Below the pieces are notes generated by a model. That model saw only the letters and a program-made list of their open reading frames with translations. It did no database searches and was not told where the DNA came from. Source: Thermococcus sp. JdFR-02 (lineage in GTDB: Archaea > Methanobacteriota_B > Thermococci > Thermococcales > Thermococcaceae). Taken from it: DNA of 61,472 bases. Both the position numbers and the translations under genes were made by a program. How positions within the stretch are numbered: the stretch's first letter is position 1; each line of letters starts with the position of its first letter. Positions 8,468-17,811 of the stretch are shown here, piece by piece. Location: the NCBI GenBank assembly GCA_002009975.1, contig MTLP01000039.1, forward strand, positions 1-61,472, written 5' to 3'.

Positions 8468-9279
8468 ACTAACACCCCCAATAGTGAAGCAATTAAAGCT
8501 ATGCTACCAAATACTATACAGAACTTTGAGAAATTTAATCTTTCCGCTAATTTTAGCATTACTTCAAGAGTTAGCAAACTCACAATAAACGCGCTCACAA
8601 CGGCAACGGCAGATACTGAGACCGGTTCATCTATGGCAGTTAGCTCTAAAAATAAAGCACCTGAAATTGCTGGAATAGCCATTAAAAAGCTCAACCTTAC
8701 AGCCTTTTCTTGCTTAACGCCTAACAAAAGTAATGCTCCGATAGTTGCACCAGATCTAGAAATCCCTGGAAGAACTGCAACACCTTGAGCAACTCCAACT
8801 ATTATTGCATCAACTATGCTAACCTCTTCCTTGCTCGATTTTAATCCTTTATTTATCTCCATATGTCCAATCGGAGTCTCTTTGGCTTTTTTAATCATTA
8901 AACCAGTGATAATCAGGGCTACGCCAATAAACGCATTCACAACCTCGAGGTTTAAACTACTGACTATTTCTTTGAACGCTTTGTAGATGGGAAATCCTAC
9001 AAGTGCTGTAAAAAGTGTCGAGTAGAATAGAAAAGTTTCCTCTTCTTCCCATCTAAAAGTTAGCAATTTCATTAAAATCCTGCTAAACTCATACCTAAAT
9101 TTAAACAGTAAAGCCATTAAAGTTCCTAGATGCATTAAAAGGGCATAAGAATAAGCTTTTTCTGGAGGAATAGAGAATACGTTCATCAAAGCTAACATAA
9201 CCTGTCCAGAACTGCTTACTGGCAACCACTCGGTAATTCCCTGCAATATCCCCATTATAAGTGCTTGAATATAATCCAT
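8464..9279 (-). CDS. uppP: BacA/UppP-family polyprenyl-diphosphate phosphatase
   Basis: QGITEWLPVSSSG and AVLPGISRSGAT motifs. Start reassigned to ATG 9279 (MDYIQAL) after a GTGAT RBS. Confidence 0.92.
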   Translation of the reverse strand: MDYIQALIMGILQGITEWLPVSSSGQVMLALMNVFSIPPEKAYSYALLMHLGTLMALLFKFRYEFSRILMKLLTFRWEEEETFLFYSTLFTALVGFPIYKAFKEIVSSLNLEVVNAFIGVALIITGLMIKKAKETPIGHMEINKGLKSSKEEVSIVDAIIVGVAQGVAVLPGISRSGATIGALLLLGVKQEKAVRLSFLMAIPAISGALFLELTAIDEPVSVSAVAVVSAFIVSLLTLEVMLKLAERLNFSKFCIVFGSIALIASLLGVLV

Positions 9280-9413
9280 GTCGATCACAAACTTAAGTAA
9301 AGATATATACATGATAAAGTTTTCGTGTGTGAAGATTTTGAGATTTTTTGAATCGATGAATGTTGAGATGTTCTCTGAACCAAAATGTTTTATCTTCGAA
9401 CCCGTGAATTTCA

Positions 9414-9427
9414 TTAGGCTTACCAAA
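9414..9427. promoter_or_regulatory. DtxR-like box (one mismatch) beside the feo promoter BRE/TATA
   Basis: TTAGG CTTA CCAAA immediately upstream of TTTTTAAAG. Confidence 0.55.
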
Positions 9428-9463
9428 CGTTTTTAAAGATACCTACATTAAAAATAATTAAAA

Positions 9464-9477
9464 TTAGGGAAACCTAA
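9464..9477. promoter_or_regulatory. DtxR-like operator upstream of feoA
   Basis: Perfect palindrome TTAGG-GAAA-CCTAA between the TATA box and the GGTGA RBS of feoA. Confidence 0.75.
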
Positions 9478-9488
9478 CGGTGATGGTC

Positions 9489-9719
9489 ATGTATGTACGT
9501 TTAACTCAGATGAGGGAAGGAGAAAAAGGGGTTGTGGTAGATATTCGAGGTGGTCCTGGAATCAGACAAAGGCTTCTTGGAATTGGAATAACTCCCGGAA
9601 CAAAGATTTGGGTAATTAAGGCTGGTAGACCTGGACCTTACATTATAGCTATTGGAAATATGCGCTTAGCCATTGGTCATGGAGCTGCTGATAAAATAAT
9701 TATAAGGAGGGAAGCCTAA
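9489..9719 (+). CDS. feoA: Ferrous iron transport protein A
   Basis: RQRLLGIGITPGT...RLAIGHGAADKI SH3-like FeoA signature; directly upstream of feoB. Confidence 0.93.
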   Translation: MYVRLTQMREGEKGVVVDIRGGPGIRQRLLGIGITPGTKIWVIKAGRPGPYIIAIGNMRLAIGHGAADKIIIRREA

Positions 9720-11761
9720 TGGGTTGCTGTGATGTTAAAAACGATCCAAAAATATCTAATAAAAAAGGTCTCAAAATAGTCGCTCTTGCTGGAAACCCAA
9801 ACGTTGGTAAAACAACTATCTTCAATGCTTTGACTGGTTTAAGGCAACACGTTGGGAATTGGCCCGGTGTTACGGTGGAAAAGAAAGAGGGCATAATGAA
9901 ATACAAAGGAAGAGAATTTTTAGTCGTTGATTTGCCCGGTACATATAGTTTAACAGCTCATTCTATTGACGAACTCATAGCGAGAAATTTCATCCTTGAT
10001 GGAAATGCAGATGTGGTTGTAGATATCGCTGATTCATCATGCCTGATGAGAAATCTCTTTTTAACAATGGAAATCCTTGAGATGGGAGTTAAAAATGTTG
10101 TAATAGCTTTAAATAAAATTGATTTAGCCAAGAAGAAAGGCGTAAAGTTTGATATAAGAAAAATGGAGAAAGTTTTAGGAGTGCCAGTTATACCAACAAA
10201 TGCAAAGAGCGGTGAAGGTTTGGATGAACTTAAAAAAGCAATTGTGGCTATGATAGATGGCAAAATAACAACAAATCCCGTGATTCCAGTTTATGAAGAA
10301 CCAATTGAAAGAGAAATCGAGCATATAAGCAAACTTTTGACTGGAACTGTGTTAATTGAACGCTATAATCTCAGATGGCTTGCCATAAAGCTTTTGGAAA
10401 GGGATGAAGAAGTTATAAAGCTTGTTTTAAATCATCTTGGTCATGGCAAGATGGACGAAATTTTACAGCATATAAGTGAGCTTGAGCAGTATTACAAGCG
10501 CTCGCTCGATATAGTTATAGCAAACCAGAAGTATGAGTTCATTGACAATCTAATACATCAATTTGTTATCCACCAAGGAGAATTTAAAGAGACTCTGAAT
10601 GATCAGGTAGATAGAATACTAACTCACCCAGTTTATGGATTTCTAAGCTTAGCAGCTGTCTTTTATGCATTGTTTAAGTTTGTCTTTACATTTGGAACAC
10701 CAATGCAAGAACACTTAGATGCTCTGTTCAGCAATCTTGGAGAGGCTATAGCACCTTATATAGCAAATGAGATGGTTAGAGGCTTAGTCGTTGATGGCAT
10801 CATTGGTGGAGTAGGGGCTGTGCTGAGCTTTTTCCCATTAGTGTTTTTACTCTTTATAGGGATGGCAATATTAGAAGATACTGGGTATATGGCAAGAGCA
10901 GCGGTAGTTATGGAAAGAGTAATGAGGAAATTCGGCTTACCAGGGAAGAGTTTTATTCCAATGGTTTTAGCATTTGGATGTAATGTCCCAGCAGTCATGG
11001 CTACTCGAGCTTTAGATGATGAGAGAGATAGGATAATAACCATGCTCATTAATCCATTAGTTCCATGCAGTGCGAGGATGGTTGTAATAACATTTTTGGC
11101 AGGGGCATTTTTCCAAGAGCACAAAGCTTTGATTGCAGTGGGTATATACATGATTTCAATACTCTTGGCTCTGCTCTCTGCATTGCTAATTGGAAAGTTT
11201 ATAATAAAAGGTGAGGAGAGTCCCTTTGTAATAGAACTTCCCGATTATTTGATTCCCTCATGGAAGACAGTGATAATACACTCTTGGGAAAGAAGCAAGG
11301 AATTTTTAAGGAAAGCTGGAACTGTGATACTTTTTGGCGCTATACTAATATGGTATCTGAGTAATTATCCAGTTCCTGTAGGTAGTGGTTTAAGCTATGC
11401 AGAAAAGCTTGGAAAAGCGTTAGAACCTTTCTCAATGTTGATGGGTTTAGATTGGAAAGCCGCGGTAAGTTTAATATTTGGCATAATTGCAAAAGAAAAC
11501 GTTATCGCAACTTATGGCATTCTATATGGTGTTGAAGAGGGTGAACAGGCTTTAGCTATACTTATGAGGAATGCAATGACGCCTCTGCAAGCCTTTACTC
11601 TAGCTTTAGTGACAACGCTTTACTTGCCATGTATAGCCACAATTGGTGCAATAAGAGCAGAGGGGGGAAATAAGTGGGCTTTAGTTGCGGTTGTTTACAA
11701 TTTAGCATTAGCAAGCATAATTGGGATTTTGGTCTACCATTTGGGTTTCTTTTTACTTTAA
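9719..11761 (+). CDS. feoB: Ferrous iron transport protein B
   Basis: GNPNVGKT, VGNWPGVTVE, DLPG, NKID GTPase motifs and membrane domain with FGCNVPA and YLPCIAT. Confidence 0.97.
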   Translation: MGCCDVKNDPKISNKKGLKIVALAGNPNVGKTTIFNALTGLRQHVGNWPGVTVEKKEGIMKYKGREFLVVDLPGTYSLTAHSIDELIARNFILDGNADVVVDIADSSCLMRNLFLTMEILEMGVKNVVIALNKIDLAKKKGVKFDIRKMEKVLGVPVIPTNAKSGEGLDELKKAIVAMIDGKITTNPVIPVYEEPIEREIEHISKLLTGTVLIERYNLRWLAIKLLERDEEVIKLVLNHLGHGKMDEILQHISELEQYYKRSLDIVIANQKYEFIDNLIHQFVIHQGEFKETLNDQVDRILTHPVYGFLSLAAVFYALFKFVFTFGTPMQEHLDALFSNLGEAIAPYIANEMVRGLVVDGIIGGVGAVLSFFPLVFLLFIGMAILEDTGYMARAAVVMERVMRKFGLPGKSFIPMVLAFGCNVPAVMATRALDDERDRIITMLINPLVPCSARMVVITFLAGAFFQEHKALIAVGIYMISILLALLSALLIGKFIIKGEESPFVIELPDYLIPSWKTVIIHSWERSKEFLRKAGTVILFGAILIWYLSNYPVPVGSGLSYAEKLGKALEPFSMLMGLDWKAAVSLIFGIIAKENVIATYGILYGVEEGEQALAILMRNAMTPLQAFTLALVTTLYLPCIATIGAIRAEGGNKWALVAVVYNLALASIIGILVYHLGFFLL

Positions 11762-11783
11762 TTAATTATTTGGAGGTTTATGA

Positions 11784-12047
11784 ATGGCAAAACTTGATAA
11801 TCTTTTAGAGTTAATAAGAAGTGGAATTACAAATCCAAAAGAGCTTGCTGAGAAGCTTGGGGTTAGTTATGAAGAAGTTGAAGGTATGATAAAAATTTTA
11901 GAGAGTATGGGTTATGTGGAGGAGATTAAGTTTGGAGAAAATGCCTGTAATAAGTGTCCTTTGAAGAGTATTTGCCCTGGAAGCTGTATAATGTTTAAAG
12001 GGAAAATTTATCAGCTCAAAAAGAAAGATTTTGCATTAAAAAGATAA
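11784..12047 (+). CDS. feoC: FeoC-like winged-helix protein with Cys cluster
   Basis: HTH (ELAEKLGVSYEEVEGMIKILESMGYV) plus CNKCPLKSICPGSC; follows feoB. Confidence 0.8.
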   Translation: MAKLDNLLELIRSGITNPKELAEKLGVSYEEVEGMIKILESMGYVEEIKFGENACNKCPLKSICPGSCIMFKGKIYQLKKKDFALKR

Positions 12048-12139
12048 CAACTCGCCTCAGTTTTAAAACTTCAAGTGATATATTTTATAACCGTAAAATA
12101 TATAAGTGCTTCATTTTTAAATTATTATCGGTGGTATTA

Positions 12140-13381
12140 ATGAAAGCGGTTATTCTCGCAGGAGGATTTGGAACAAGATTGAGACCCATTTCGTCAACAA
12201 GGCCAAAACCCATGGTTCCTGTTCTTGGAAAGCCTAATCTACAGTATATTTTGGAGAACTTGGAAAAAATTAAGGAAATCGATGAGGTAATATTATCGGT
12301 TCACTATATGAGAGGAGAAATTAGGGAGTTCATTGAGGAAAAAATGAGCGATTATCCAAAAGACATAAGATTCATCAACGATCCCATGCCCTTAGAAACA
12401 GGAGGCGCGATTAAAAACGTTGAGGAATACGTAAGCGATCAATTCTTGGTGATTTATGGAGATGTCTTTACAAACTTCAACTTCGAGGAGCTAATTGAAG
12501 CACACAAGAAAAATGGCGGAGCAGTAACAGTTGCAATAACAAAGGTCTATGATCCAGAAAAATATGGTGTTGTACAGCTAGATGAAGAAGGAAAGATAGT
12601 TGAATTCGAAGAAAAACCCAGAAGACCAAAAGCAAATACAGTTGACGCTGGAATTTATATGGTAGATAAGGAGATTCTAAATGAGATACCAAAGGGGAAA
12701 GAAGTTTATTTTGAGAGGGAGATAATACCTAAACTTGTGAATGAAGGGAAAGTTTATGGTTACATGATGCCAAGGGAAATTTATTGGGTTGATCTGGGAA
12801 GTCCAGATGATTTATTCTATGCCCATCAAATAGCCTTAGATGAAATAACCAAAGCAAACGGGTACTACACAATTGCAGAAGGAGCAGAGGTTCCAGAAGA
12901 TGTGGAGATTCAAGGACCAGTCTACATAGATGAAGGAGCAAAGATAGGACATGGAGTGAAAATCAAAGCTTACACATACATCGGACCAAACAGCGTTGTT
13001 AAGGATAAAGCCTATCTAAAGAGATCAATATTAATCGGAAGTGACATAATTAGGGAAAAATCAGAGATTAAAGACTCAATCCTTGGAGAGGGAGTTGTAA
13101 TTGGAAGCAACGTCATTATAAAAGAAAACGCAGTTATAGGAGATTATGCAAAGATCTACGACAACTTAGTGATCTATGGTGCAAAAGTCCTTCCTTGGAA
13201 GAAAGTCGAGGAATATGAAGCGTGGATAAAGCTTAAGTTAGATCCAACAAAGGTCAGACCAGAGCTTACACCCGACAGGTGTCCACTTGGCTTGCCTGAG
13301 TGTATTTACAAGAAGTTTAGGGCAATTGCAGCTGAGAAGCCACCTTGTGACGAATGTATTGAGAACCAATGGTTATTCTGA
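12140..13381 (+). CDS. NDP-sugar synthase (mannose-1-phosphate guanylyltransferase-like) with LbH domain
   Basis: MKAVILAGGFGTRLRP...PKPM, LETGG, FEEKP, WVDLG, hexapeptide repeats; Cys-rich tail. Confidence 0.88.
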   Translation: MKAVILAGGFGTRLRPISSTRPKPMVPVLGKPNLQYILENLEKIKEIDEVILSVHYMRGEIREFIEEKMSDYPKDIRFINDPMPLETGGAIKNVEEYVSDQFLVIYGDVFTNFNFEELIEAHKKNGGAVTVAITKVYDPEKYGVVQLDEEGKIVEFEEKPRRPKANTVDAGIYMVDKEILNEIPKGKEVYFEREIIPKLVNEGKVYGYMMPREIYWVDLGSPDDLFYAHQIALDEITKANGYYTIAEGAEVPEDVEIQGPVYIDEGAKIGHGVKIKAYTYIGPNSVVKDKAYLKRSILIGSDIIREKSEIKDSILGEGVVIGSNVIIKENAVIGDYAKIYDNLVIYGAKVLPWKKVEEYEAWIKLKLDPTKVRPELTPDRCPLGLPECIYKKFRAIAAEKPPCDECIENQWLF

Positions 13382-13426
13382 GAGAAGATTTCTTACTTTT
13401 TACATATTTTTCTTGAAAAAACAAAA

Positions 13427-14233
13427 TTAGTATTTCATCCTTGGATTGTATTCTAAGATTATTTCACCTTTTTTGAACATTCTTATGACACCGCTTTCAG
13501 AAAGGGTTATTGCAATTGCTTTTGTTATCTTGGTAATCCCAGCGGCAGCTATGTGCCTACTCCCTAATCCTGGAGGAATTTTAACGTCAATTTTCTTTGG
13601 ATCAACATCTATGTATCTTCCAGCAGCCACCAATCTTCCAGTGTTGCTGACTATAAAGGCACCATCTAAAAGAGAATACTCCTTTATAACCTCTTTAACC
13701 TTCTTGTCCAAAACGTTTAACTTATGCCCTTTAAAGGGATTTGGTATCATCTGATGAGAATGCTTTAAAACATTTTTCGTATCTCCTACAACAAACATCG
13801 TTCCCGTTGGATAGCCTTCTCTCCATTCAAGACTTAACTCTAAAGTTATTTCCAAAAGCCTCTGTAAGACTGTTTGAGCTGTGGAAAAAAACGCTTTTGT
13901 AAAAATTCCACCTTTTTTTGCTGTTCTAATACCAATGCTTGCAGGAGTTACATAAACAAAAGAATCTCCCTCTGCTATAAGCTCATGCTCTAAAAGAAAA
14001 GCAGATACAAGGTTTAATATATTTTTCAATCCTAAGCTTAATGGAACAGGAATTCGCTTAATTTTCTCATTAGACACATCAAAGCCTTTACCTACAACCA
14101 CAACTGGGATATCAGTTTTGGGCAAATATTCTTCAAGTGAAGGAGTTACAATAACCAAAGCTTTAGCTCCAAGCTCTTTTGAAAGTTCAACTGCTTTATC
14201 AATGAACTTTTTAAATTGCTCTACATTTTCCAT
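13427..14233 (-). CDS. dacZ: Diadenylate cyclase (DacZ-type, DisA_N/DAC domain)
   Basis: DGA motif (SLLDGAFIV), GLGSRHIAAA (RHR-like) and LSESG, with an N-terminal extra domain. Confidence 0.85.
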   Translation of the reverse strand: MENVEQFKKFIDKAVELSKELGAKALVIVTPSLEEYLPKTDIPVVVVGKGFDVSNEKIKRIPVPLSLGLKNILNLVSAFLLEHELIAEGDSFVYVTPASIGIRTAKKGGIFTKAFFSTAQTVLQRLLEITLELSLEWREGYPTGTMFVVGDTKNVLKHSHQMIPNPFKGHKLNVLDKKVKEVIKEYSLLDGAFIVSNTGRLVAAGRYIDVDPKKIDVKIPPGLGSRHIAAAGITKITKAIAITLSESGVIRMFKKGEIILEYNPRMKY

Positions 14234-14439
14234 CCTTACACCCAATTATAGTATTTTTGTCAATTGTTTATAAAACTTTAGGAAATCGTTAATAAACGGA
14301 TGAGAAAGCTTTATTAGAAAAATCTGATTTACAAGGATAAACGCAAAAACTGAAACATTACTTCATGAAAAAATTTTAATACATTGGATGATATACAAAG
14401 TAACAAAAAGTTGGGGAAAGTAGCACTTAATAAAGGTGA

Positions 14440-14985
14440 ATGAAAATGAAAATTGTAGTTGCCATAACTGGAGCCAGTGGAGTAATATACGGTATCAAAT
14501 TAGTTGAAGTTTTGAAAGAATTAAAGCAAGAAGTTATAACAGTAGCTTCAAAAACTGGGCTTGCAATAATTAAGCATGAGTTGGGAATGACGTTTAAGCC
14601 TGACTATACGGAGGATAATCTATTTGCGCCAATAGCATCTGGTTCTTATCCCTTCGACGCAATGGTCATAGCACCATGTTCTATGAAAACTTTAAGTTCG
14701 ATAGCAAATGGCTACGCTGACAATCTAATCACTAGAGCTGCCGATGTTGCGCTTAAAGAGCATAGAAAACTGATACTTCTCGTTAGAGAGACGCCTTTAA
14801 ACTTAATTCATATTAGAAATATGTTAAAAGTTTCCCAAGCAGGTGGAGTAATAATGCCAGCATCTCCAGCATTTTATCACAATCCCCAAAATCTTGATGA
14901 TATGATAAACTTTATATTGGGAAAAATCTTAGATATTTTGCATATTGACCATAAATTATACAAAAAATGGGGTTACGAGGTGTAA
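14440..14985 (+). CDS. ubiX: Flavin prenyltransferase UbiX
   Basis: [38 protein letters not shown]. Confidence 0.95.
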   Translation: MKMKIVVAITGASGVIYGIKLVEVLKELKQEVITVASKTGLAIIKHELGMTFKPDYTEDNLFAPIASGSYPFDAMVIAPCSMKTLSSIANGYADNLITRAADVALKEHRKLILLVRETPLNLIHIRNMLKVSQAGGVIMPASPAFYHNPQNLDDMINFILGKILDILHIDHKLYKKWGYEV

Positions 14986-14988
14986 ACA

Positions 14989-15471
14989 ATGTTGCAACTT
15001 GATGATTTAGATAGAGCTATAATAAGGCTCCTTAAGGAAGATGCTCGCTTAACTATTGCAGAGATCAGCGACCGGCTAAATAAGCCCGAATCAACTATAC
15101 ACTTTAGAATAAAGAAGTTACAAGAAAAAGGAGCTATAGAAAGATATACAATAATTCTCGGAAGCAGTCTAAAGCCTAAACATATAGCGTTTCTAGTATT
15201 GAAAGTTGAAAAGCCGGTCATAGAGGACTTTCTCGAGCGCTATTTAGAATACATAACCAAAACCCTCTCAATGTTACCAAACGTTCTAATGGTTGCAAAG
15301 AGCGGTGATGATAAGATAGTTGCTATAGTTGGGGAAGATACTCAAGAAAGACTCGATAGATTCATAGAAGAGAACATAAAGAGCATTCCAACATTGAAGG
15401 AAGTGTTAGTATTTCCGATTAGAGAGTTTAAGAAGGGAGAGGAACTTGTTGGATTTTTAGCGGGGATTTGA
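14989..15471 (+). CDS. Lrp/AsnC family transcriptional regulator
   Basis: LDDLDRAIIRLLKEDAR...STIHFRIKKLQEKGAI HTH plus a RAM-like C-terminus. Confidence 0.9.
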   Translation: MLQLDDLDRAIIRLLKEDARLTIAEISDRLNKPESTIHFRIKKLQEKGAIERYTIILGSSLKPKHIAFLVLKVEKPVIEDFLERYLEYITKTLSMLPNVLMVAKSGDDKIVAIVGEDTQERLDRFIEENIKSIPTLKEVLVFPIREFKKGEELVGFLAGI

Positions 15472-15975
15472 ATGGAGGTTGAGATTAAGTTCAGGGTGGA
15501 GTTTGACAGAATTAGGGAGAAAATAGAGTCCATTGGAGCTAAGTTCATTGGAGAGGAGATTCAAGAAGATTTATATTTCTCCCTTCCTCCTAAGCATCTC
15601 TTGAGAATTAGGAGAATTGCAAACTTAGGAGAGAGTATTTTGGGTTATAAAGAAATTAAGGATGAGAGAAATGAAGAATTTGATGAGATAGAGGTTAGAG
15701 TGGAGGATTTTGATAAAACGAGAGAGATTTTAAAACGTCTGGGGTTTAAGGAAGAAGTTTGGGTTAAAAAACATCGCTATATCTACAAACTCGATAATGT
15801 AACCTTCGAGCTTAACAAAGTTGAAGGATTGGGGGATTTTCTTGATATTGAAGTTATGAGTGATAACATTAAAAAAGCTAAGGAAAAAATTTGGGAGATT
15901 GCAAAACTTTTAGGATTAAAGGAGGAGGATGTAGAGCCGAGGCTCTATCAAGAGTTGTTAAAAGAAAAAATTTGA
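15472..15975 (+). CDS. cyaB: CYTH-domain protein (class IV adenylate cyclase CyaB-like)
   Basis: EVEIKF (ExExK), QEDLYF, LRIR, VKKHR, LGDFLDIEV. Confidence 0.88.
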   Translation: MEVEIKFRVEFDRIREKIESIGAKFIGEEIQEDLYFSLPPKHLLRIRRIANLGESILGYKEIKDERNEEFDEIEVRVEDFDKTREILKRLGFKEEVWVKKHRYIYKLDNVTFELNKVEGLGDFLDIEVMSDNIKKAKEKIWEIAKLLGLKEEDVEPRLYQELLKEKI

Positions 15976-17169
15976 TCATTTAGCTGTAGCTACAATTTTA
16001 ATTATATCATTGAACTGCAATTCATGATCTTCTCCAATTCTTCTGTGAGTCTTTGCATTTATCGCATAGAGAAATGTGTCTCCTAAATCGGTGTGTACTT
16101 TGTAAGCCAAATCCCTTGGAGTTGACCCCTTTGGCATCAGGTAAACATGAGGCAAAACGTTTCCAAAGCTATCACTTAGCTTATGCTCATCCTCAACTGG
16201 ATAAACTGGTACTAAGTTCAAAAGTTCAAAAACTGCTTTATTTATAACTTCCTGAACTCCCGTAGACCCAAATCTTTGAAGGACTTTTTCTCTAATCAAT
16301 TCAAGAGCTTTTTCTTGCTTATGGGTCAAAGGCTTCAAGACCTTAAAATCGCTCTGCCCAGGTAAATAATCAATGTAACCTGCTTTTGCGGCTTTTCTTA
16401 ATGTTAGCTCAGCCACAGCTGAAGTGGGAATGACTATGTAGCCTCTCTTTTCACCTTCTTCAATTAATCTTTTAATTTGTTCATCGCTTACCATGTCAGC
16501 CTTGTTAGCAGCTATAATTATTGGCTTGTTAATCTTCCTAAGCTCACTTACAAACCCAAATAAGTCCTCATCACTCCATTTTGTTGGGTCTTCGCTAAGG
16601 TTGGCTTTATGCATCGCTTCAAGTACATCCCCTTCATTAACCCCAATTCCAGTTAACTGTTCCGCTATCGCTCTTGCAAGCCTTAAATGTTGCAGTTTAA
16701 CTCTCTTGGCAAACTTTTCCCAGTTTTTGCTTAAAATACCATAAACCCAATAATCAATCTCCTTTTCCAGAAACTCAATGTCATTTATTGGGTCATAGTT
16801 ATCGGTTGGTCTTCCCTCTTCATCTGTTTTTCCACTTGCATCTACGATGTGAATTAAAGCACTCGCCATTCTTAAGTCATCTAAAAACTTGTTTCCCAAA
16901 CCTCTACCTTCATGGGCTCCAGGCACTAAACCCGCAACATCAATCATCTTTATCGGTATTAGGGCCAAACCATCCTTATACTCATAATTCTGAGGATTTG
17001 GGGCACATCCAAGTTCTTTACAAGGATGTTCAGTTATTGCATAGCTAACACCGATGTTGGCATCAATAGTTGTGAATGGATAATTAGCAATATGCACATC
17101 TACAAGAGTTGCAGCGGCAAAAAATGTGGACTTTCCGACGTTTGGCTTTCCAACGACTCCAATTTCCAT
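15976..17169 (-). CDS. ychF: YchF/Obg-family ATPase with TGS domain
   Basis: GKPNVGKST, NYPFTT, DVAGLVPGAHEGRGLGNKFL, ANKAD and a C-terminal TGS domain. Confidence 0.92.
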   Translation of the reverse strand: MEIGVVGKPNVGKSTFFAAATLVDVHIANYPFTTIDANIGVSYAITEHPCKELGCAPNPQNYEYKDGLALIPIKMIDVAGLVPGAHEGRGLGNKFLDDLRMASALIHIVDASGKTDEEGRPTDNYDPINDIEFLEKEIDYWVYGILSKNWEKFAKRVKLQHLRLARAIAEQLTGIGVNEGDVLEAMHKANLSEDPTKWSDEDLFGFVSELRKINKPIIIAANKADMVSDEQIKRLIEEGEKRGYIVIPTSAVAELTLRKAAKAGYIDYLPGQSDFKVLKPLTHKQEKALELIREKVLQRFGSTGVQEVINKAVFELLNLVPVYPVEDEHKLSDSFGNVLPHVYLMPKGSTPRDLAYKVHTDLGDTFLYAINAKTHRRIGEDHELQFNDIIKIVATAK

Positions 17170-17185
17170 TTTATCACCTCTTTAG

Positions 17186-17557
17186 TTATTTTTCAATACC
17201 CTCTCTTTCCGGTAGGAAGGATATCCTAAGCTTATCTTCAAACACTATCACCAATCTCCCATAAAACTTAATTTCCTTTGATAAAACATTTTTCAGCACT
17301 CGAGTTATATATTCCACATTCTTGGGAGGAAACCTAAGTAGAACTAACCCCGAAACACTTAATCCCTCAACAAATAGAATTTTTCCAAAATCCTTATCAA
17401 ATGTAATTAGAATTCTGTTTTCTAAAAGAGCAATTTTTGAAACTTCTTCATCGGTAATGCCCGGTTTTATTTCTGTGATTGATGTGATGTCAAAATTTTC
17501 CTCTCGCAAAGCTTTAACAGCTTTCAGTGGGACATTCTCATCAGCTGAGAACTTCAA
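17186..17557 (-). CDS. DUF5615 PIN-like protein (putative toxin)
   Basis: MKFSADENVP...DEEV...RILITFDKDFG; overlaps the upstream DUF433 gene. Confidence 0.85.
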   Translation of the reverse strand: MKFSADENVPLKAVKALREENFDITSITEIKPGITDEEVSKIALLENRILITFDKDFGKILFVEGLSVSGLVLLRFPPKNVEYITRVLKNVLSKEIKFYGRLVIVFEDKLRISFLPEREGIEK

Positions 17558-17765
17558 CGTACTCTTCCTCCTTTAGTATCATTGAAGCATACTTTATTGC
17601 CTCTAACACATCTTCTCTCTTTAATTGAGGATAATTGTCTAAAATTTCTTCAATAGTCCACCCATTAGCGAGTAAATCTAATATTAGATACACAGGAATT
17701 CTTGTTCCCTTTATAACCGGCTTCCCACCAAGTTTCTTAGGGTTAATTTCAATTCTGCTCAGCAT
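17541..17765 (-). CDS. DUF433 protein (putative antitoxin)
   Basis: RIEINPKKLGGKPVIKGTRIPV...ILDNYPQLKREDVLEAIKYA. Confidence 0.92.
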   Translation of the reverse strand: MLSRIEINPKKLGGKPVIKGTRIPVYLILDLLANGWTIEEILDNYPQLKREDVLEAIKYASMILKEEEYVEVLS

Positions 17766-17811
17766 TCTCTCACCACATTATAAATCCCTCAGCAAGTATA
17801 AAAAGTTAAAG

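Noticed and set aside
9280-9426. N-terminal extensions in the ORF track (uppP to 9426, thrS from 35215, lhr to 60429, GNAT-ABC to 54249)
   Set aside because: Downstream starts have clear RBS motifs and match family N-termini; the extensions run through promoter regions.
12064-12080. TGM-like half matches (TAAAAC-N5-GTGATA here; AGACAC-N5-GTGATA at 22059-22075)
   Set aside because: Two to three mismatches in one half-site in AT-rich DNA; not distinguishable from chance.
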